64,000 nucleotides of DNA, from assembly GCF_009834535.1 (NCBI RefSeq), contig NC_045696.1, forward strand, positions 89,902,001 to 89,966,000, read 5' to 3'. This DNA is from Camelus ferus. Lineage: Eukaryota. A program made the translations under genes and the position numbers. Below are positions 54,820 to 64,000 of the stretch, in pieces (the first letter of the stretch is position 1; every line of letters begins with the position of its first letter). The notes under the pieces are model-generated. The model was not told the origin of the DNA. It saw only the letters and a program-made list of their open reading frames with translations, and ran no database searches.

Positions 54820-56703
54820 TAAATGGAGGCCACAACACAGAAAGCATGAAACTGAAAACAGAACTTGAGAAAGAACATGAAGAAGAGGTGCTGCAAGTCA
54901 GCATGCCTCCCTTTTGCATTTATTCATGGTGTCACTCACGACTTAGTAAAAATATAATCATCTGTGTCAGGCACTGTGCTAGGGATGAGGACACAAGGGG
55001 GCCAGGGAAGAAGACAAGCAGACACAGACCTGTCCTCCTGCCCCTTGAAAGGGCCAAAACAACCAGAGGAGGAAAGATGAGTGTTAAGTAGCCAAGGAGT
55101 TGTCTAAGACTGTTTTTACTCAAAAACTGGTTCAAACATTTTGACATTCAGGACTGAAGGCAGATCAGTGAAATAAGCCTGACTCTTGTGTGTGTGACAA
55201 GAGAGCCTGAAAGCTGATGTCCCAAGAGGCCCAAGGAAAGGAGGTGAATGGCTCCATGTGCTCCTGGTGGGGCACGGGCTCCTTCTGGCCAGCTTGAATG
55301 GCATGCCTGCCTGCAGAGAGTGGAGAGGGCGGTGGGAATGGCACCGAAGTTGAAATGCAAAGTTCCAAGGTATGGATTAGGGGCTTGCTCCATAAGGATG
55401 ACCTTTATTGAGGGAGATGGAGACAAAGCAGGCAGACAGACAAGGCAACAGAAGATGGTGTGTCCACATCTGCTTTGCCATGTGATGAGCCATGACACCA
55501 TTACAAATAAGAATGCCTATTTACTCCTTCCATATTATAACTACTAACAGCTGAGTACCACATATGGCTAGCAACACCAAAGGCAGATCATGCAGAAGAA
55601 TAAAGCTTCCTTCCATAGACTATCCATTCTAAGACAACCGTTAATTTTCTTGAATAGAGAAAACCATATGGAAGGACAAATATTACAGAAGGGCAACTAA
55701 ACAGAGCATCACTTTTCAAAACCAGAATAAATTCCCAATGAGATGACTTTATTCTGGTCGTATAAGAAATTCCCCATTATTAGATTCATACCATTACATT
55801 TCATGAATTTAGTGATTGCCCAAATTGCTTCATAACAAGCGTGTGAACAACTTGGTAAGTAATTTATTCTAAACCAAGATATGTCAGAATTGATATTTCT
55901 CCTTCAAAGAGCTACAGCAGAATGTTCAGAAGGAACACTAAAGTCCCAAAGAGGAAATTAAACTTCAGTTGAGTTCCCTGTTATTAGAACTACTGTTACA
56001 TCTTTTAGACACTCAAGATATAATGACACTGTTACCTTAAAACCAAGAGGAAATAAACAGGGGAAAAAGGGGTGGTTTTCTAAAGGTGAAAGACGAGGAA
56101 GAAAAGAGGAGACAGAGTAAGAAATTATTGGAACAAAATATGGACTGGCGTCTCTGCTATTCCAGGTTATTAAACTTACAAATGTTGTCACCTCCCCTGC
56201 ACAGCTCACTCCACGCCCATCCCCAACCTGGTGACGAGACCACACATCTCTCTTCTCCACTAAATTGCCTTACTGATCATCACTTAGCCCTCCCCATTCA
56301 ATATGAAATCATCACTCTCAGTACCTGTAAAATCTGCAAATTGAGGACTCCACCCTGAACTCTCCAATGACTGTGTTCTTAGACTTCATACACACCTGCT
56401 CTGTAGCTTCCATATTCTCACCTGTGTTGGGAAGCTCTTTTGCAAATGCATTCCCTCTTTGATAAAACATTTATACCATACTCTTTGGGTAAATGTTTCT
56501 CCTTTACCATGTGGAAATCTGGTAGAATCTTCTTTGAGGAATGCTCCCAGCCAGAATCTTTGAGAAAAACCTGTTGCACACAATAGGTTCCATTCAGCTA
56601 GCACTTGTTTAGAGTCCATTCTGGACCTGGTCATTCTCTGCGGTCAAGCAGCTTTGAAGTACTAAGATGGGGAGACAGCCAAGGAACCCACACATCACAT
56701 TTA

Positions 56704-58304
56704 TTTATTTTTTTTAACATTTTTTTATTGAGTTACAGTCATTTTACAATGTTATGTCAAATTCTAGTGTAGAGCACAATTTTTCAGTTATACATGAACA
56801 TACATATATTCATTGCCACATTTTTTTTTTGCTGTGAGCTACCATAAGATCTTGTATATATTTCCCTGTGCTATACAGTGTAATCTTGTTTATCTATTCA
56901 ACAATTTTGAAATCCCATCTGTTCCTGCCCACCCTCCACCCTCCTGGCAACCACAAGTTTGTATTCTATGTCTATGAGTTTGTTTCTGTTTTGTATTTAT
57001 GTTCTTTTTTTTTTTTTTTAGATTCCACATATGAGCAATCTCATATGGTATTTTTCTTTCTCTTTCTGGCTTACTTCACTTAGAATGACATTCTCCTGGG
57101 ACATCCATGTTGCTGCAAATGGCATTACGTTGCCATTTGATGGCTGAATAGTATTCCATTGTATAAATATACCACATCTTCTTTATCCAGTCATCTGTTG
57201 ATGGACATTTAGGCTCTTTCCATGTCTTGGCTATTGTAAATAGTGCTGCTATGAACATTGGGGTGCAGGTGTATTTTTGAAGTAGGATTCCTTCTGGATA
57301 TATGCCCAGGAGCAGGATTCCTGGGTCATATGGTAAGTCTAGTCCTAGTCTTTTGAGGAATCTCCATACTGTTTTCCACAGTGGCTGCACCAAACTGCAT
57401 TCCCACCAGCAGTGTAGGAGGGTTCCCTTTTCTCCACAGCCCTACCAAATTACCCAGGACATATTTCACAGAACTAGAACAAATCATAATAAAATTCATA
57501 TGGAACCACAAAAGACCTAGAATTGCCAAAGCATTACTGAAGAAAAACAAAGAGGCTGGAGGAATAACTCTCCCAGACTTCAGACAATACTAAAGAGCTA
57601 CAGTCATCAAGACAGCATGGTATTGGTACAAAAAACACACATATGGACCAATGGAACAGAATAGAGAGCCCAGAAATGAACCCACAAACTTTTGGTCAAC
57701 TCATCTTCGACAAAGGAGGCAAGAATATACAATGGAATAACGACAGTCTCTTCAGCAAATGGTGTTGGGAAAACTGGACAGCAGCATGTAAATCAATGAA
57801 GCTAGAACACTCCCTTACACCATGTACAAAAATCAACTCAAAATGGATTAAAGACCTAAACATAAGGCAAGATACAATAAACCTCCTAGAAGAAAACATA
57901 GGCAAACATTATCTCACTTACATCTCAAAAATGTACTCTTCGGGCAGACTACCCAAGCAATAGAAATAAAAGCAAGAATAAACAAATGGTACCTAATTAA
58001 ACTTACAAGCTTCTGCACAGCAAAGGAAACCATAAATAAAACAAAACGACAACCTACGGAATGGGAGAAAATTTTTGCAAACGACAAAACCGACAAAGGC
58101 TTGATCTCCAGACTACATAAGCAGCTCATATAATATAATAAGAAAAAAACAAACAACACAATCCAAAAATAGGCATAAGACCTAAACAAGCAATTCTCCA
58201 AGGAAGACATACAAATGATCAAAAAGCACATGAAAAAATGCTCAATATCACTAATTATCAGAGAAATGCAAATCAAAACTACAATGAGGTATCACCTCAC
58301 ACCA
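56704..58304 (-). mobile_element. Young (camelid-type) L1, 5'-truncated with 5' inversion
   Basis: 56704-~57443 is the antisense L1 3'UTR and ORF2 C-terminus (track [14 protein letters not shown]...CTPMFIAALFTIAKTW). ~57444-58304 is sense ORF2 ([14 protein letters not shown]..., [16 protein letters not shown]). TSD: cacatcacattta (56691-56703) / cacgtcacattta (58305-58317). Confidence 0.93.
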
Positions 58305-59199
58305 CACGTCACATTTAAAGGCCATTATAATATATTGCAGCATTTCCCCAGATGCAAGGTGAGAGAGACCAAATGCATTCTGGGACACTCCCTTTAGGGA
58401 AAAGAGTCCTGACATTCCTTCCTCACCCATCCTACACACAGAATAGTCAAGATGCTCACTCTGTAAGAAGGTCTTGAAAATATCAGTGGAAATGGTTATA
58501 AGCTTTAACAGGCCTTGGAATCCAATTAGCTACAATTTTGTGGTGGCTTAATAATTTATGATCATTGCAAATTCATTAGATTATAATTCACCACAGCCCA
58601 AACTATGGATTTCCTGCTATCTTTAAAAACATGCATTCTCAAGATGAAGCATGGAATTGTCTATGTTCATTGCTACCAAAATAGTCTAATTTTAACAATT
58701 CAGAATGCATCCCATTACTTAAACCTGGATCATTTGGAGGTTTTTCCCTGTTGATGCAAAGACATAAACCTAAGAGCGTTACACCAGCTCATTAAGCCTT
58801 CCAATTTCAGCAGCTGTCTGGTATTAGGTGAAAGTAATCTACTGTGTGTGCTTAAATGGTCCCTGTTCACCTTTTCCTCTGCTCCACAAACAAAAGCACA
58901 TCCAGAGAATATACACATACGTGTACATGTACACCACACACACAAACACTTTCACAAAAAATATAGTTTGGTGAATTACTATGATGCAAATTCCTAACAC
59001 CATCTCCTTAGTCAAGACATACAACTTCACCAAACGTGTCAAAGCCCCTTCACACACCCATCTTGATTACAACTCCCTCCCGCAGTCCCTCCAGAACTAC
59101 CTTTACCACAACTTATATAGTAACCACTTTCTTACATTTTGCTAGTTTTCTTACCCAGTTGTGCATTCTTAACTACTATTGTCTAACCTTGCCCATTTA

Positions 59200-60045
59200 A
59201 AAAAATTTTTGAGGGATAATTATAGATTCACAGGAAGTTGCAAAAAAATGTACAGGGTGGTTCCAAGCACCATTCACTCTTTTCCTCCAATGTTAACATC
59301 CTGTATAGCAGTTGTACTATAAGCACCAAGAAATTAATATTGATACAATTTACAGAGCTTATTCGAATTTCATCAATTATATACTCACTCATTTGTGTGT
59401 GTATGTGTTTATAGTGCTATGCAATTTTTATCATGTATGTAGCTTTGGGTAACCACCACCACAATCAAGACAGAGAACTCTTAGATCACCACAAGTTTCC
59501 CTTATACTAACCCCCTTATAGCCACAACCATCTCCGCCCCTCTCAAATCTTACCCCTGGCAACTATTAATCTGTTTTATATTTCCATAATTTATTCCAAG
59601 AATATTCCAGAGTGGATCTATAAATCATGTAACCTTTGGAGAGACTTTATCACACAACATAATTTCCTTGAGGTCTATTTACACTGTTGTATGTATTAAT
59701 ACACAGACTTTTTATTGTTGAGTAGTATGCCATGGTACAGATGTATTACAGTTTGTAACCAGTCACCCATTGAAGAACATTTAGGCTGTTTCCAATTTCT
59801 GGCTATTATGAATAAAGCTGCTATGAACATTCATGTATAGATGTTTGTGTAAACACAACTTTTTATTTCTCTGGGATAAATGCCAAAGAATGCGATTTCT
59901 GGGTCATATGGTTAGTGCATTTTTAATTTTAGAAAAGATTGTTGAACTACTGTCCAGAGTGACTGTGTTCTACAGTTGCACTGTGGTACATGAGTTAGCC
60001 TGTTTCTCTGCACTGTTGCCAACATTTTGTTTTTCCCATTTAAAA
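59200..60045 (-). mobile_element. Ancient L1 (L1MB/L1MC-like) 3' end, nested in older L1 sequence
   Basis: ataattatagattcacaggaagttgcaaaa...gtaaccaccaccacaatcaaga...aataaagctgctatgaacattc. Confidence 0.75.
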
Positions 60046-62511
60046 AAAATGTGATGTGTACTTGAATTTCTTTTCATTTACAGATTCCTGCTCCATCTCT
60101 TTCTGTTCCTAAAAATATGTTTGTTGAAAAACCCAGGCAAGTTGAACTACAGAGTTTGCTAGTCTGGATTTTACTGATTTATATGTTCATGGTGAAGTTC
60201 ATGCATGCAGCTGTACCTAGAGGCTTGATCAGGTTTTAGTTCGATCCCTTTGGCAAAGATTTAGATAGTGGAGTGTTCCTTCATCAGGAGGCTCATAACG
60301 GTCTGATGGTCTCTACATCTCTGATGATAGCAACCACTGAAGCTCACAGCTTAGCCTACATCTGTTAAGTGAGAGTGGTGGGTTGCAAAATGATTGTGTG
60401 CTAATTACATGATTTTATTGTAGTTATTATATAAAATAATTCTATAAAGAGACCTTTCTTTATTTACTATTTGCTTACCCACTGGTAAATTGATATAGAA
60501 GAAGCAGGATAAATCCTGATTATTTTCTTTTAGTTTTCAAGATGAAGTGGTTCTCTGTCATCCTGCAATGTGGCAAGGTAGGAATTCATGAACGTAAACA
60601 AGTTTGATGGGGTTTTTTCCTTATTATTAAATATTAGGTATTTTAATTATTATTGTTTTTTCTTATTATTAAAACTCAAATTGTTCCATTTTGGAGCAGT
60701 GGGAACTCCTTCCAATTGACTCCTGAGTCCTGATAGTCCTCTGATAGCTTCCTGGCTACTTGCTCTGACAAAATAATCCAGGCTTATACATTTCCTGCCA
60801 CAGACCAGGAATCAGCTATTTATTCAAGAAGCCCTGATTGCTTTTAGTGGGAAATGGTATTTTAATATCATAATCTGGGCAGTAGGAATGCTCATTATCA
60901 CTGCACTGGTCATTATTTCAAGGACTTTTCAGCAGACAGAGCTAGGATATAAAATAAAATACCTCATGGGCTCACACTGAGATTTCCAATTCAATTTCAG
61001 GACTGCAGAGTTTTAACTTAACCTCTTTCATAAATGTCTCTATTTCCATTTCCCACACAGAAGTCCTGGTTCTCAAGGACATAGGAGGTAATAGAATTAG
61101 AATACTGCGTAATTACTCATTCCATAATTACACTATACACATAGAACTGACACTTGTAACATCGCTAAGACTGCTACCACCCACTAGGATCACTAAAAAC
61201 AATAAAGATTTTTACATTTTTAAATTTTCTATCCCTCCCTTCTTTTAATTTTTTATTGTGTCTACATTGTTGCATATGGCTCTTTCCGATTGTCTCTCTT
61301 TCTGATCCTTATTTCAATCTTAATTTTTCAGTAAGTTTGTATTTAACACATCCCACCATTCCGTCAGCTCATGTCTCTCTAGTCATTTTGGTTGTCTGAA
61401 GCTTTTTCTCTAGTAAATTCCTCGTAGAAACAAAGTTCCCTAGTTCTGTAGGAGTCCGTATTGAAGGAGTTCAGCCCATCAGCTGAACATGCCACCTCAA
61501 AACATGCTGCTATGTTATACTGATTATTTTGAATTGAAAGCACTTGAAAAACAGCAAATGTAGGGAGAGGCTTTCTCTGAAGTCCCCTTGTCTGCTTGAA
61601 GACAGATTCTCCAAAAGGAACCGAACTATTATAAATCCCTTCTCTGGGAGCTTCAACAACCTGAGAAGATTGACTCTCATTATTGGAGAGAAGACTTGAT
61701 GTCCACAGCACACCCAAACTTTGTCACGCATTATCCTATCTTGCACTTATTCTTCTAAGAGCCCATTCATCTTCCCTAAAAATCATCTGCCCTCCTAAGT
61801 CGCCTAAAGCTCCCCTCCCCTTCCCTTATTAAGAGGGTGTATAAACTCTCAAAACTCACTGTCTTTATGAGGACTCACTTTTTTTCCCCTGTGCTGCCCC
61901 TGTGCATGTAAGATTAAAATTTAATAGATTTTTATTTATTGTATTAGTTGTCTCCTGTTAATCTGCTTATTGTCAGCTTATTTCATAGCCCCAGTTATCA
62001 AGCCTTGGAGGGCAGAGGGGACTCCTTCCTCCCCTACAGTGCTCTTTATACTTGGAAGTTTTGCTTCCAAGTATATAAAATCTTTGGAACACATTTCCTT
62101 CCTTGAGTATCTTAAATATGTTACCCTATTTTCTTTGGACTAGTAAAAAATCTGATGATGATCTTTTTTCCCTTATAAGTCTCATGTTCTTCTTGCCTAG
62201 ATATCCAATGGCTGTTTTTCTTTTTCCTTTTAGTTGAAAAAGTTTGCTAGAATATGTCTGGGTATTTGTTACTTGGTATTTGTTACACAGGGTCCTCCTT
62301 CAAAGCGTAGTTTCAAAGCACTTCCAAATAAAAATTTCTTTATTTCAGGAGAGTTTTCCTGGTGAATTGTAATTTTATTATTTGGCTGCCTAGCTTTGAG
62401 TTTCTTCTTTAGGGATTGAGTATGTTGGATCTTCCTTGCATGTCTTCAGTGTTCATCATATTCTCTCAAACCTTTTTCTCTTTTCCTTCATTTCTTTTTG
62501 ATTTTAAGCTT

Positions 62512-62542
<31 letters not shown>

Positions 62543-62640
62543 CCCAAGGCACTATCTGTGTGCTTATTCACTTGTGTGTCTTGTTTGGTGTTCAATTTTA
62601 AAATTCTTTCTTTTATTTTTACTGCTTTCTTGGGTTCTGT
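60046..62640 (-). mobile_element. Degraded ancient L1M (L1MC/ME-like) sequence hosting an LTR
   Basis: Typical motifs such as ccaggaatcagctatttattcaagaagccctgattgcttttagtgggaaatggtattt; T-rich antisense character. Confidence 0.5.
61461..62038 (+). mobile_element. ERV1-class solo LTR (MER34/MER39-like)
   Basis: tgaaggag...aacatgccacctcaaaacatgc...tataaactctc (TATA-like)...attaaa...ccttcctcccctaca terminus. Confidence 0.7.
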
Positions 62641-63477
62641 CACCTCCCTGGCAGAGAGGCTGGCTCCAGCATATGCCCCCCCAGATTGGAAGAGTGGATA
62701 GAGTTAAAACTTCTTTTATGTGCTACTTTGGTCTGGCTTAAGAGATTGAGACAGCAAGGGCTTTTAACACTTGGAAGCATTTGGACCAAGCAGAAAGCTG
62801 CCAGGCATTCTACATCCATGTCTCCATGAAGTCTTTGAGATGTAGAACAGGACATTATGGGTCTTTTAAAGCCCTGGTGTTTTGCCTCTACTTAGAGGAA
62901 ACTGTCATAATTTATAATGGCTTCATTCCCTGCAGGGACGATCACCTTCAGGCCCTCTCCTTCAGAATTCTAGGGCTGCTGCAGAGACCATTTTAAAAAC
63001 AACTTTTCAGAAAAGCATTACTTAACCCTTGAAGGTCTCTCGTTAAGCACCTGTGGTGTTGGGGAAAGGGGTCTGGGAACTATGGGACATCTCCCCCACC
63101 TCAGGAACCTTGCATTTATGATACAATTAAACTCTCCCCTACAAGCTGATGAGACTATTTTAATCATCATAATTTTAAAGAGGAAGAAACTAATACTCTG
63201 AGAGGTTAAGCACTTGTCTGGGGTCACACAGAAGAGTTGGCATTTGAATTCAGGCCTATTTTAGCTCCAGGATCATAAATAATATTACCTTCTGTTTGAA
63301 ACTTGAAAAAAACAAAAATAAAAACCAGGTGTTGTTGTTGCTGTTTCTAACAGAATTTCTAATTTACCTGCTCTCTGTTGTCTTATTTCAAATTACCTTT
63401 CAAATGCTAGCTGTTATTCTCCCCATAACAGATTTTTTTTTCCTTTGAATCATTAGGTTTCCAAATTCTGAGATCCT

Positions 63478-64000
63478 AAAGGGTAGCAGAATATGCTACC
63501 CAAAAATATGCCACTTTGGCATTTTGATTTTTGAGCTGAAAGCAGTCGAAATGAAGCAGATACAAGAAAAGCTCTGACCTTCCCCTATTCGCCTAAAAGC
63601 AAGACATCAATTTGTAACGCTACCTCTCCTCTCCTCTCTACCAGGAAGGACAGAATTTAATTCCCAGAGATAATTCTAGACCCTTGTCAGCCCAGAGACC
63701 ACCAGAAAAATCTATATAACATGTCCTGTCCATTAGTTCTGTTTACTGCTTTCAGTTTGCTGCCCTAGAAACTCAGAGTTCTTTTCCTTCGTCTTATCAC
63801 TTCTCTAAAAATGTATTGTTGTTTTGTTCAGATGCTATGTATGAAGCCCAAGTTCTAACCACCCGTTTGAGTTTCTCATCACTGATTGCTCCCATTGTGC
63901 GTTCAGTGCATGCATTAATCAATGTCTGTCTGTTCTTCTCTCGTTAATCTGTCTTTTTGTCAGTCTAACACACAGAGCCCAAGCCTGAGAACCTAAGATG
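63478..64000 (+). mobile_element. ERV1-class LTR (MER34-like), runs to the window edge
   Basis: cagaatatgctacccaaaaatatgccactttggcat...gttaatctgtctttttgtcagt; related to but diverged from 61461-62038. Confidence 0.7.

Noticed and set aside
57076..58397. L1 ORF2-like ORFs as functional genes
   Set aside because: Truncated, inverted and frameshifted/stop-containing retrotransposon fragments.
61461..64000. Two same-orientation related LTRs as the ends of one provirus
   Set aside because: They are clearly diverged from each other, and the ~1.4 kb between them looks like host L1/MIR sequence with no PBS or gag/pol. Independent solo LTRs are more likely.
45164..64000. Search for IQCJ exon 1 (MRL)
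   Set aside because: No convincing ATG-initiated 9-nt exon end with promoter context was found; it is expected to lie well outside the window.

Overview
Mammalian (eutherian) genomic DNA, most likely camelid judging by the young L1 3' ends (species is an inference). It is AT-rich and mostly intronic, and belongs to the minus-strand IQCJ / IQCJ-SCHIP1 / SCHIP1 locus. Three internal IQCJ coding exons are readable with GT-AG sites and consistent phases (45099-45163, 40095-40175, 28915-29050). Together they give [94 protein letters not shown], which contains the IQ motif. A degenerate homologue of the human IQCJ terminal exon lies at 26360-26692 and lacks the acceptor AG. The alternative first coding exon of SCHIP1 (MERSGQRATAWDCDQGKQPDS) is at 19110-19172. 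IQCJ exon 1 and the shared SCHIP1 exons lie outside the window. The rest is interspersed repeat (L1, L2, MIR, L3/CR1, MaLR/ERV LTRs, MER DNA transposons); most short ORFs in the track are noise. Most notable: a full REST/RE1 motif centred on the SCHIP1 start codon, with a stack of uORFs upstream; loss of the IQCJ last-exon acceptor; two twin-primed L1 inversions; and two unexplained short insertions inside older repeats. Human protein comparisons are from memory, not from a search.
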